From Geosiphon pyriformis uo1 (lineage: Eukaryota; Fungi; Glomeromycota), in contig JAAOMT010000025.1 in the NCBI GenBank assembly GCA_016748015.1, positions 1 through 64,000 on the forward strand: a stretch of 64,000 bases of DNA, read 5' to 3'. Positions 11,912-24,575 of this stretch are shown here, in pieces; positions within the stretch are counted from its first letter, which is position 1, and each line of letters opens with the position of its first letter. Both the position numbers and the translations under genes were made by a program. The notes below the pieces were generated by a model. The model made no database searches, was not told the origin of the DNA, and saw only the letters and a program-made list of their open reading frames with translations.

Positions 11912-14900
11912 AGAACCAGCATCAACAACAACCATCCAAAAGTGGCAGAATCAGAAATCATAGAGACAAACCATTTAAGATTTGCCAAATCCTTATTTCA
12001 ACAGTACAGCCAATAATTGGACTTAACTAACAACTATTATCCAGCAGAATTAGCCTTCAACTTTTATGTCAATAAGAGAATTACAGATTTTCTTGGAAGA
12101 CCAGTTAACATTGAATCAGCAAGAGAAAATTTTTATACAGAATTAATTTAACACACCAGTTTACCATAAAATTACAGTTTTACATCAATCATCAGAAAAA
12201 TTAATCAAGAAATTAAAAAATACACTCAACAACAATTTCCCATTATCTACACAGATAAAGGTAAAGAAAAATTACAAACACCTGCAGTAATACCAAGAAG
12301 AATACAATTACTAATGTGGAAGAAACAAAAAATTGAATCTCTACTATACTTATCATACTATCACACACTCAGAAGTACCATCAATATCACATTAACAAAC
12401 ACATCCACATCAACCATGACATTAACATTTGGACAACTTCCATTTCAAAGTAAACAAAAGAAAGCAGAATTATTAGAAACTTATAGCAATTACTTTGAAA
12501 GATTTAAATCACAATTGCCAACACCATCAGAATTTTGATTACTACCACCTCAACCAAATTTCGGAAACACGAGTCTCTGGGAGATAATGGCATTAGAAGA
12601 AAAGGAAAAAGAGGATTAAGAGTTTAATTATCAAAATCCAATTGCAGAAAACCCAGAAATTGAAACTTCAAATTTTCAGACCCAGCAAAATCAAAACAAT
12701 CCAAATCCTAACATTAATAATCAACAATACATACCTCTAGTAATTGTCATCAACTCATCACTGGTTGCTCTACAATAACAGCCACAGCTGCAACCCCAAA
12801 TTCAATTATCACTTCAATCATCACAACAACTAAACTTGAACCCAATGGCTTACACTCCAATAGCAAAACTCGAAAAGTTCACCAGTAAAGAAAACAATGC
12901 CCAAGTGTGGCTAAACAAAGTAGAAAAAGCCATCACAGCCAATGGATAAGATAATGCCAGAGCCATGCAAGCCATCTCCTATTTTCTTTAAGATACCACT
13001 AATTCATGGTACCAAAGCTTGATTAATAAACCCCAAGATTTTAATGCATTCAAGTTTGCATTCCTATAATATTTCAGTAATAATAATAGCATCAACTGAT
13101 TGGCAAACACTTTTACCACCATCAAGCAAAAAGAAAATGAAGCAGTCACTACATACTTAGAACACTTCCACAGAAATTTGTGCCAAATTCAGACCATACA
13201 GGCTGATTATTTCACAGCACCACAAATCCTAAATCAATTCATTAAAGACCTGTGCAGTAGTATCCTTTAATACATACATCCAATGCATCTAGCAGATCTT
13301 CAAGCCACCATTACAAATGCCAAAGATTTTGAAGCAGCTGAACTCAAAGCTAACCACACTTAAGCCATAAATCTAGTTATGAACAGATCATCTAACTTGG
13401 ATTCCAAATTGAAGCAATTCAGTGAATCAATCAATCAGAAATTAGAGGGATACTTAGCTGACAATCGCACAATTTATCAACCTCCCCAATGATGCAATAA
13501 TTAAGGAAACTCTAATTGCATCCAAAATCAATTGCGTCTATTATCATTAATTAATCAACAGTGACAACAGAAAACCTGTGCATGCCACTATTGTAGTAAA
13601 CAAAAACATTTGCAATTTGAATGCTGCAAAAAAATAAGCAACCAAAGATCAGCTAATCAGTATCAAAACTCTAATTGCTGACTACAAACACAAAATTACA
13701 TCAGTAATCAATTACCAGAACAATATCAACTTTAATTACATTACTCTTCAGTAACACAGCCAATTTATCAAACTCTAATAATGCAGCAATTATATTCACC
13801 TCCAGTATATCAGGCACCAGCATTAATCTATTAACCAACAACACCTGTAATCTATTAATTACTGCAGTCACAAGTAATTTATCAGACATAAGTAATCTCA
13901 ACTCCAAATTTAGTTCAGATGACATTAAGAAATCCCAGATTCAAAGTCACTCAAAACTGGAAATCGGCGATGGTTGTTCACCAAACAATTTGCAGCTCAT
14001 CAAACCAGTTATCAGGAACATGCCAGTGGAGTTTAGGAACCAAGTATACCCAAAATCCAAGTTCTCAAAACTATTTAAGTCTCCTAGTAACTCCAGAAGA
14101 TGTTACATCCAACAACACAAAACCCAACCACAAACAAACACTCACCAGCAACATACTTCCAGTCACTATTATCAATGATAAGTCACTTACAGCTATCTTC
14201 TCATTTGAACTTGAAGAACTAACATTCACATTCTTGTTCAATAGAGTCATGCTCAAGGAAAAACCAATTATCATCATATACACTGATGCTAAAATTGATG
14301 GCCACCCCATCAAACTCATATTAAATAGCAAGTCAGCAGACAGTATTATCACACAACAATTCATGGACCAATTAGGTTACCAAGTTGATCATGCTGCCAG
14401 TGCCAGAATCATAACAGCTGATAGAGCAACTAAAACTCCAATTGGCAAAATTAATGATCTACCTATTGAAATCAATGGCATTATAGTATTCATCAAAGTT
14501 CTAGTAATAGAAGCAATGCAGTACTAAGCACTTATTGGCAATAACTGGTTGTCTAAAACCAACACAACGCTCGACTAGAACATACAGAAGCTTCAACTTA
14601 GTCAGAATGGTTAACACACATGCATACCAGCCACATGTGGCCATTTCAGGACCACTAACACACTAGCACCACTCATTGAATTTGAGAAAGAAGAGAAAAA
14701 ATCTATCTGGAAAGCCTATCAAGTGTTATGGGCTGAAAATGACCACAACAAATTACTGCCAATACCCTTCTAAGATGACAACAGAAAAGGAAAACAAAAG
14801 AAAGAACTTATCTGAAATGTTGACCAAGCCTGAGAAGCTAACAATGACCTGGACAAATTATTAACTTGGGAGTAAGAAAAAACTGACAAGGGAAAGGAAA

Positions 14901-17900
14901 AAAAAGAGAAGAAGAAACAATACCCCCCAGTACCACCACTAATAATTCTTACACCTACATCATACTACAACAATTTATCTATCATCAACCAAAGCTCATA
15001 TGCATTGATTGTGGCAAGAAATTGTCATCAATAGGCATATGCTGTAGTAATAATAAGGAATATGCAATGGTGACAAAATTCTATTGCCACCCATGCATCC
15101 TCAAACACTTTGGAAGACCAAAACGAATTGGAAAATAGAATAATGAACTATGTTTGGCTTGTAAAGAAACTTTTTTAGACAAAGAAATGTGGAATAACAT
15201 TCCTGGGTGAGAAAAAACATGTGACAAATCATGTCAATACATGATTCTAATAAGTGATTGGGTAAGAAAAGGAACACCAATAGAAGCCATTTAGAAAAGA
15301 GCTGTAAAATGTCTGGATGGATGTCCACATAATAATAATAAAATTTGGCAAATAGCTCTTGCCAAAATCGAAAAAGTATCACCAGAAGAAATAAAAATGA
15401 TCAAAAATAATCTCCCAGAGCTCATAGAACTTGACTGGGACCCAGAACCAGTCATAAATCTTTTGGATCCAGAACAATTCCATGAACATTACCAAGAATT
15501 AGCACTTACTCAAGAAGAACAAGAACAATGCTTGGAAAAAATCAACACTTAACTATATGACTACTGTTTAATCCCATGTGACTTTCAATATTATAATGAG
15601 TGTGACCTCATTTACAATCCACCACCATGCATGATCTACATGATCTCAGAAAAAAAAAACTAATTAGCAGCTACACATTGGAATCAGAATCAATTTTCAA
15701 TTCCAATTCAAACTCTGACAACAATGACAATGAAAATAACAGTTCCAGCTCTGCTCAATATAGCAATGAAAATAACAACAATTCAGACTCCAATTCAAAC
15801 CCTGAAACATTTATTGCACTCCTGATCTCACCAAAGAACAGGAACTGAAATAGTTCAGCAATAATAACAAAAGTATTATGTCTGAATGTGCGCATAATAT
15901 GGATGCAGAGTTTGATTTGAGATATCTAAAAAAAAATCTCATCAAATTGGAATCCTATTTGCACACCTGTATTGATTTTAAAATAGCACTGGAAATTCTA
16001 GCAACAATAATGATACAGTTAGCATCTAGGAATAGCTTAGCCAAAAAGGGAATCAACATTAGAGGAGGAATAATTAACACAGGATATGTAGAAAATATCA
16101 TTGTAATGCTACAAAATCATTCAGAAAAGGCCTATATTATAGAGCCAAATGAAAAAATAGCACAGACAATATTCCTGCTTCTGGTAAAAGTAGTCCAATT
16201 AGTATCAGTAAGAAACAGGAAAGAATTAGAGATTACAGCTTAAGAGATACAGGGATTTGGATCAACAGATAAAATAGATGTATCAATTAATATAGCAGAA
16301 GAAGAAATTGTTGACAAGGGAGAAATTATCTCCACCTATCAATCAATTTTCATTTCATTATATAACCAGTACATGGTAGTCATAAAGCAAAAAATAAGGG
16401 ATCAGATTCAAATTTTTGAGGCAGAAGCAACACTTTGTAAATCAGGAGAGATTGGATTAGTCAATCTACACATACCAGCCAAAAACCACAGTCACATCAA
16501 AATTCCCATTTACAACAACATGAAAAACATCATCAAGATACCAGAAGAAACCACTATTGGATACTTAATCACTGAAATTAAAGACCAACTACTGAACACC
16601 ATTCCAGATTTTTCACAATTGTGTGGATATGTAGATATCACATCACAAACAATCTATGGATGAGAAGAATGTTATCTGCTCCAACCAAAACAATTGGAAC
16701 AAATAAACTTAGGAAATCTAGACTCACTTTAACAGATACAATTCAAGATGTTACTCAACAACTTCAATGACATTTTTGCCAGTAAAAACGAATTTGGCAG
16801 AACTGACATCATTCAACATTAAATCAAAACTGGAGATACAATGCCAATTAAGCAAAAAGCATACAAAATACCACCAGCCAGCCATGAAATCATTTGGCAA
16901 GAAATCAATTGGATGCTTGACAACAGGTTAATTCAGCCATTAATGAGCTTATAGTCATCACCAGTAGTACTAATTTATAAGAAAAATAAAAAAATCCGAT
17001 TTTGTGTGGATTACTGAAAACTAAATAGAATGACCAAAAAAGATAGCTATCTAACACCAAAGATCCAAGAGCTGTTTGACACTTTTGGAGAAAAAAAATG
17101 GTTCTAAACTCTAGACTTAGACAGCAGTTACTGGCAAATAGCTATAAAACCAGAAGATAAAGAGAAAACAGTGTTCATAACATGAGAAAAAAATTTTGAA
17201 TTCGAAGTTATGCCATTTGGCTTGATGAATGTTCCAGCCACATTCCAACAGCTGATAAAAATTGTTTATACTGGACTATTGTGAAAATTGGTAGTTGTTT
17301 ACTTAGACAACACCAATGTGTTCTCCAAAACATTCAATAATTATCTACATCATCTTCAACAAGTATTTGAAAGACTCAGATGAGCAGGATTGAAATTAAA
17401 TGCAAACAAATGCTTCTTTGGCAAAACTGAACTCAAGTTTTTGGGACATGTTGTAAGCAAAGATGATATCAAAACGGATTCAAATAAGATAGAGATTGTT
17501 AAGAACTTTCCAGTACCAAATAATCTTACAGAATTAAGAGCATTCTTGGAATTTGCTAGATACTACTGCCACTTTATCAAAGTTTTTTCCAAAATAGCTT
17601 AATCACTACATCAACTTCAAACAAAAAACACCAAATATGAATAGACTAAAACTCAATAAGAAGCTTTTAATACATTAAGAAGAAAGCTTATTCAAGTCTC
17701 AGTACTAATCTATTCAAATTATAGCAAGCCATTCATAATCACAACTGATGCATCTGGTCAAGCATTGGGAGCAGTACTATTGCAGAAAAGATCAGATGAA
17801 AGAAAACATCCAGTAGCTTATGTCAGTAGAAGCTTAAGTCCAGCCAAAAAAAATTATAGAACTCCAACATTGGAACACTTAGCAATCTATTAGGCTGTCA

Positions 17901-18076
17901 TCAAATAGAAAGAATACTTGAGTCAAAAGTTGACTTCAATTCAGAAGCAAGAATTTGGAGATAATTGTCATGTCAGATGGAAAATAAAACTTTTACCATT
18001 TAATTATACAGTACATTATAAAAATGGAAAAAAAAATGGAAATGCTGACAGATTGTCATGAATGAGACAAATCTAA
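11912..18076 (+). pseudogene. gag-pol: Gypsy A1 gag-pol polyprotein: N-terminal extension, capsid, CCHC, protease, Cys-rich domain, dUTPase, RT, RNase H
   Basis: MAYTPIAKLEKF capsid start at 12845; CHYC..H....C at 13583; PR LILNSKS (decayed LILDSGS); RT motifs FCVDY, MPFGL, YLDN; RH TDAS; ends MRQI-TAA. Confidence 0.9.
15845..16270 (+). pseudogene. dut: dUTPase domain within Gypsy A1 pol
   Basis: DAEFDL, ASRNS, GGIINTGY, KIAQ and QGFGST correspond to the five trimeric dUTPase motifs; boundaries approximate. Confidence 0.88.
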
Positions 18077-18106
18077 AAACATTTTAACCCAAAAATATAA
18101 CAAAAG

Positions 18107-18222
18107 ATAAATATACAAAAATATTAATAACTCTAATATTATATAAATATACAAAAATATTAATAACTCTAATATTATATAAATATACAAAAATATTAAT
18201 AACTCTAACATTATATAAATAT
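18107..18222 (+). repeat. 36-bp tandem triplication at the integrase start
   Basis: ATAAATATACAAAAATATTAATAACTCTAATATTAT x3 plus a partial unit; single unit in A2 and A3. Confidence 0.92.
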
Positions 18223-19555
18223 CCAATTGTTCAAGGAAAAATTATTTCAAAAGGAACAAAGAAACATAAAACAACAATCAAAATATTTTATCAACCATTA
18301 AAATATACTTTACCAGAAGAACCAAAGAAATCTAAATCAACCAATCAGAGTAATCACAAAACCAAAAAAAGAGACAATATTATTCAACATGCACTCAGAT
18401 CTAACAGCAGAACATTTTCATAAAGAAGCAACCATAGAAAAAACCAGAAAAAGATATTATTGGCTATCAATATACCCAAACATTATCCAATATGTTCAAA
18501 ATTGTGATGCTTGTCAAAGAAGAGAAGGAACAAAATCCAGTAAACTGTTAAGACCAATTAAATTGGAACAACCCTTTAATTGTATTGGAATTGACTTGGT
18601 TAGACCATTAACAATCACCAGCAGAGACAACAGATATATTGCAGTAGCCATGAATTATTTCACAAAATGGCCAGAAGCAAAAGCCATTCAAAGAGCAGAT
18701 GCAGAATCCATTGCCAAATTTGTTCATCAAGATTTAATCTGTTGACATGGATGTCCAAAAAAACTATTATTAGATCAAGAAACTCACTTTGTGAATAGAA
18801 CATTGGCAGAATTAAGTCAAAGATTTGGAATAAAAAGAACATTATTATCACCATATTATCTATAAACAAATGGGCTAGTTGAAAAGTTTAACAGAACATT
18901 GTGTGAAGCCATTGCCAAAATCAGCCAAAAAAACCAGGACAAATGAGATTTGATTATACCATCAGTATTATTTGCTTATTGGACAATGAAGCAAAATATT
19001 ACACAAGCAACATTATTTGAATTAGTATATGGTAGAACAGCAATATTACCAGTTAAGATAAAAGTCAAAACATATCTAACAGAACCAATAACAGAAAAGA
19101 ATTTTCAAAAAACATTGTTAAAAAGAACATATAATTTAATAGAGACATTAGAAAACAAAAGACAAAGAGCAGCTAATAACATCTAAAAGTCACAAAAAAA
19201 ACAAAAAAAAAGACATAATAATCAACTATCAGAGAAACCAGTTGAATTCAAGATTGGAGACAAAGTACTCTTATATTATATCAAAGTGGAAAAACAATAG
19301 AGTGGAAAATTTGACTCCAAATGAGACGGACCATTTCACATAGAAGAAATTCTTAGAAATTGAGCTTATAAATTAAGGTAGAACAACAAAATCTTAACCA
19401 AAGCAGCACATGATGATTAACTGAAACACTATTACCATATAACATCATCATTTACCAATAATATTCTACAATTAGAAGTACAAAAAATACTAGTCAAACC
19501 AGATGAAATTCCACAAGATTTAAAACTAATTATAATTATTAAACCAAACATGTAA
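18107..19555 (+). pseudogene. int: Gypsy A1 integrase (separate ORF; start codon decayed to ATA)
   Basis: HHCC (HSDLTAEH...CDAC), GIDLV, WPEAKAI, GLVEKFNRTL and GPF module; no chromodomain. Confidence 0.9.
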
Positions 19556-19613
19556 AATCGAACAAACAAAAGTATATAAAAACACAGTATATGTGACAAA
19601 AGACAGCAGAAAA

Positions 19614-20243
19614 ATGGAGATTACTGACAGTATTTACTCACTAGCACAACAACTTTTTTAACTAATTCAACAACAAAAAATAGAAATTACAATCAACCAA
19701 CAAACTATTAGATACACAAACACCAAAAAAAGACCCCAAAATAAAATACAGAGAAAAACAAAAAACACTGTGAACAAAATAATTACAAAAGTAAAATTGG
19801 CAATAGAAACACAACCAAAAGTCACCCAATATCAAGAGTTGACTATAAAAACTTAGGATTAGTGGATACAATAATTTCCAAGAAACTTTTTTTACTTTTA
19901 TTTAGGACAACACTTGAACATTCAGAGCCTATATACAGATAAAACAAAACAATTATTTGACACAATAATACTACAACAATTAAAACAGTTTGTGAGAAAG
20001 AACAATTTGACCACATAAGCAAGAGCCATTTATTGGCTACACATTGCATTTTAAGACCAACCAAAAATTTTACTTGATCTGGTAATGAACACTATTACTA
20101 TTAACCAGATAGAAAAAATAACCAATGCCCAATTCAAAGAGTTACAAAACAAGATAACCCAATTAATTCTAGAAAAAAAAGTTCAAGAAATACTCAACAA
20201 CAGAAAATTAGAATTAGAAAATTTCAATAAAGTTTGATATTAA
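19614..20243 (+). pseudogene. Gypsy A1 ORF3 (env position, unknown function, 210 codons)
   Basis: ATG to TAA with no frameshift; internal stops at Q/W/R codons; homologous frames in A2 and A3. Confidence 0.8.
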
Positions 20244-20253
20244 AAGGAGAAAA
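20242..20253 (+). promoter_or_regulatory. Polypurine tract
   Basis: AAAAGGAGAAAA, 3 nt before the 3' LTR; equivalents at 42096-42106 and 44184-44195 (-). Confidence 0.85.
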
Positions 20254-20256
20254 TAA

Positions 20257-21112
20257 TATTACTCATAAAATATAGGAAGTATATTAGCATATAAATTAGC
20301 CAATTAGAAGTAGTCATAGTAAATGTGAAATTCCAGAATTTTTCTTAAAGGAAGTGCAGAATTCCAGAAATTTTAGGATTCTTGTACAAAGAATTGCAGA
20401 ATTCCAAAATTCCAGGATTCCTCTCAAAGGAATTGCAAGATTCCAGAAATTCCAGGATTCCTGGTGTGAAAAATTGAGGAATCAAGGAATCTTAATTATG
20501 TATATATAGCAGTAACATTAGAAATAGAAAAAGACAGATTTTTTAGTTTAGATTTGATCTAAACAACCTTCTACATCACAAATAAATAATTTTTCAATAT
20601 CTCAAATTCACTTTCTACTATCAACACTTTATATTGATAGTAATTAATACTTGATCACACTAGAACAATAGCTCTTAATCATGGCTATTGATGGGATACT
20701 AACATTTATTGTCTTGGCTTATTTCTTTATTTTCTTGTATTTCTTTTACTTTTTTTGTTATTTCTTGTTTACTAATTAATTAAAAGATTAAAAGTGCTAA
20801 GTTATTGACATTACGAATAGTCTGGTAAAAAACCCCAAAAAAAGTATATAGGAATTGAGTATTAAGGATAGCTTACCAAAAGAGCATCTCTGCCAAATTA
20901 CCAGCCACTATTCTGAGAAAAAAATTTAATAGAATTGCAATTCCAAAAGACTACTAAGAAGACAATAATTGAATCTCTCTTTATTATACAAAAGACTCAA
21001 CCAAAATCTTCAGATTCATAACACTTTCAGATTTCCAACACCAATTTAGTTATTGAGCACCAAGTTACAGGTTTGTTATTTAATTCAAGACCTTAAATAA
21101 TTATCTGTAATA
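20257..21112 (+). repeat. Gypsy A1 3' LTR
   Basis: 856-bp direct repeat of the 5' LTR; ends decayed to TATTAC...TGTAATA. Confidence 0.95.
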
Positions 21113-21116
21113 GTGG

Positions 21117-24100
21117 TTAATAACAAACTGGTTCTGAAACCACTTGAGATCTGGTCTATAGTTGACTTGATTATGAAGAGATGGACAAGGAAGCAAGTAG
21201 TACCTGAACATATGTCTGAGTGATGAATCAGTTAATATGCTCTCTTAAGTCATATTGATAATAATGTATTCTTTAAAGTTATGTATAATGTCAAGCTTGA
21301 TGAGTTTCTGCAAGTAGTCAAAAATCTTTTTAATAAGAAAGCTGCTGATATGTCTGATATTCCTAATGAGCTGTAGAAACATGGCAATGAACAGATTTTG
21401 GGTGGTTTATTGGATATTATTAACATATGTATGAGTTTAAAAACTGTGTTTGTATATTAGAAAAAGACATGAGTCTTGATAATACCTAAGTCATATAATT
21501 GGGAAGGAATATTTACTAATACCAGGCTGATTACTTTGATTAAAACTGCTTGGAAGATCTTGTTTAAAATTCTCTTGGATAAGATCTTTTCAATCTGTAG
21601 TGATTTTAATGTTTTGCGTGGTGACAATTTTTCAGTTCTGAAGAGCACATTTACTTAAATTCCCATATTTGCTGTTGGTTCTATTATTAAAAATGCTGTA
21701 GAAAAGAACAGAGAGCTATGGTTGGTTTTTTAAGACATACACAAAGCATATAATTCTGTGGAATAGTTTTATTTAAAGAGTAGTTTGGTTAGGATTAAGA
21801 TGTGTCTTTGTTTTATTAAGTTCTTTAAAAATATACACAATGGTCAGGTTAATCAAGTAATAATGAATTTTGGGCTTACAGATAGTTATACTGTCTGTAA
21901 TAGACTGGATCAAGGTAAAGTTTTCTTGCCCTTACTGTGGAAAATTTTCTATAACTCTTTGCTTTGTAAAGTTAAGAAACATAAAAACTCTTATGGTTAC
22001 AAGATGAATTCCAAGTTTTTTACATGCACTAATAGACAGAATTATAAAAGTAACATGACTTTCTTTTTGGCAGCTGGCATTTTTGTGGATGACACTATTT
22101 GGATTGGAAATAGCATGTCTACTACTTATTGTATTTTGAACATAGCTAGTGAATTTTTCCAAATCAATAATATTTCAATCAACACAGATAAAACTGTCAC
22201 TATACTTATCAATTGGAGAGTAGAGGTGCCCCATCTGCTGATTAGTAGTTTGAACATTTCAATAGCTAAAAAAGATGTGTCTCATAGGTATTTGGGTATT
22301 TTTTTATTCACCAATGATCTGTCAAACCCTAGTCTTGCTAAAGCTTAATTGAATATTAAGTTTTTTATAAATTTGGTCTTGAAGAAAATGGTATCTGATA
22401 AACAGTTTTTATATCTAGTGTCTGTTGTCCTACAACTTATTATTGAGTACAGGCTGTAATTCAGCCATGCCTCTTTAAGTGTGTATAAAAAATGAGACAG
22501 ATTGTTGAGAAAAAGCCTAAGACTAAAAACCAATCTACTTAGAGACTTTCCAAATGAGGCCATCTCCTATCCCAAGTTGTATGGCCTTAAGACTTTTAGA
22601 CAAGTGCAAGCTAAGAATTCCTTAGCAAATTTGGTGATCTTTGGCAATTTAAAAGGCATTCTTGGCAAGTTGTTCGAGCATTAAGCCATAAATCTGCAGA
22701 TCATTAGCTGAATGCTTTAACAACCTCTTAATTTTCCGATCTCATTGTCAATTAATTCCTTAAATTGCTTTTTAGCTGGTGTTACCAATACTTTGGCTTC
22801 ATGCAAACTTTCTTTAAGTGGTTTTCTGCCTAATGTTTTTTGGGCTGGTAGTGGTGTTACTGTTGCTGATATTTTGGGCTTGGATCAATATCTGAGTGTG
22901 ATAGATTCACTTAAGAGATTTGGTTTGGTTTTTGCTAACCAGCTTTTGGACCATTATGACAAGTGTTTTACCTGAAAAAGCTTTTACAGATAAAAGAGAC
23001 TGGATCTTAGGGGACCCATTCCTAGTTGGTATAGTTTGCTTGTTAATTTTATTGAAAATAGTGGCTTGGTCTATGATTGTGTCCTTGCTTCTGGTCTCAT
23101 TCCCAGTCACTGTTTGAATGAAGTTAATTCTGTTGGTAGACATTTTTTGGAATATGAGTCAGATCTCTTTGTTGTTTATACTGATAGTTTAATCAAAAAT
23201 TTTGGTACTGTGAATGCTCATGGTGGTACTGCTGCATACTTTTTAGACATAGACAAAAGTGTTGGGGTTGGGGTGCATGATTTGCTTTCTTTAACTTTAG
23301 CAGAATTATAGGCTATTACTTTTGCTTTGAATTGTGTGCTAGTGTTCAGTTTGGTAATTTTGTATATAGATAGTTAAGCTTTTTTGAATGTTTGTGCCTT
23401 GCTTAGGAGTAATACAAGTCCCAATTTTTATAAAAAATGTTGGTTAAAAAAGGAGTGTATCCATCAAACAATTATATTTAAGAACTTGTCAATTAGTTAG
23501 AACAAGATCAAAAGTTATTTTAGAGTTGTTGGCAATGAGTGTGCTGATCTTCTGGTTGATGCTACCACTAAATCTAATTTTGTGCTGCCTGTAGATATGT
23601 CATGCCACTTCTTGATTATCAAAAACATACCTGTTTCTGGGAATGTTTGTCACTTTGTTAAGTGTTTTTTTAATGCTATAAGTTTTGTTGATTGAGAGTC
23701 CAAATGCACTAAGTGTTTTGTGAATAGTAGTCTGTATAATAAGTTTTATATAAATCAAATCTTTAATGTGTGATATCCCAATAGTAAATGTTGTTTTGGG
23801 TTCACTAACTCTGTTTCTGTGGTGCTTAGGTTTTACTTTATAAAGGTCTTGTATTGCCAATTATCTGTTGTCAAAAGAAAAAGACTGTATAATTTGAAAT
23901 ATTTCAGTGTTCTGTGTATTTGCTGTGGTCTGGTCAAAAACTCTAACCATATATTTTCTTGTATTTATGATGCACATACCAGGAAAAATCTTATTGATAA
24001 GACTATTGATTATTGGAATGATCTGCTAAGTGTCTGTACTGTTAGAAGTATGGTAATAGGTTTTTTGTACAAAACTGATTTTTCTAATTAGTTGTACATG

Positions 24101-24441
24101 TCTTTGGCCAAAGGTTTCATAATGAATGAATAGATAGTAGTTCCAATAATGTATTTCTGATCATTTATTTGGTCTGGGGTTTCACTAAGAGTCACAGATC
24201 TACTATGTAACTGCTGACTACCAAATTAAAGATACATTATAAAAAACTGAGTTTCTTGCCACATGATAAATCTACAGTGCTAATAGTGTCTAGTTTAGCT
24301 TTTTCATGGCCTCTTAGTAAGGTTTTTGATTTTGGCATTAGATTTGGCATCCATGTTTGTTTTAGTTTGCATTCCCATCTATCTAGTATAAATTTCAGCT
24401 TCTTATATAACTTCTCTGTTGTAATTAATTTAGGTGTTTAG
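21117..24441 (+). pseudogene. pol: LINE copy 2 ORF2, C-terminal part (RT, RNase H, CCHC)
   Basis: QGKVFLPLLW, FVDD, VYTDSL, LAEL and CICCGLVKNSNHIFSC. Confidence 0.9.
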
Positions 24442-24575
24442 TGTTGTCTTAATTGGTCCAAATGGCTAGTCATGTATGGAAAATACATGAGCCACACTTA
24501 ATATAAGAACTTATATGATTTTGTAGCTTTAAGTAGTAATTGGGCTATACTTGTTAAATACTTAATAAAAAAAAA

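Larger units (their letters stand above)
11024..21112 (+). mobile_element. Ty3/Gypsy LTR retrotransposon A1 (dUTPase-bearing, separate integrase ORF, extra 3' ORF)
   Basis: Two 856-bp LTRs with TGTTAC...GTAACA-type ends; 4-bp TSD GTAG (11020-11023) / GTGG (21113-21116); PBS; PPT; domain order PR-RT-RH-IN. Confidence 0.96.
7691..24575 (+). mobile_element. LINE copy 2 (7691-11023 and 21117-24575), split by Gypsy A1
   Basis: Same 5' end after A10; ORF2 reads YLV|VNNKLV across the Gypsy insertion (copy 1 has YLVVDDELV); poly(A) at 24567-24575. Confidence 0.92.

Noticed and set aside
19662-19871. Hydrophobic antisense ORF recurring in all three A elements (also 41516-41728 and 44585-44779), resembling a membrane protein
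   Set aside because: It is the reverse complement of the A/C-rich ORF3; start and stop positions vary and the F/L/V/C richness follows from T/G-rich codons
19614-20243. Calling ORF3 an env gene
   Set aside because: No signal peptide, furin site, fusion peptide or transmembrane anchor is visible
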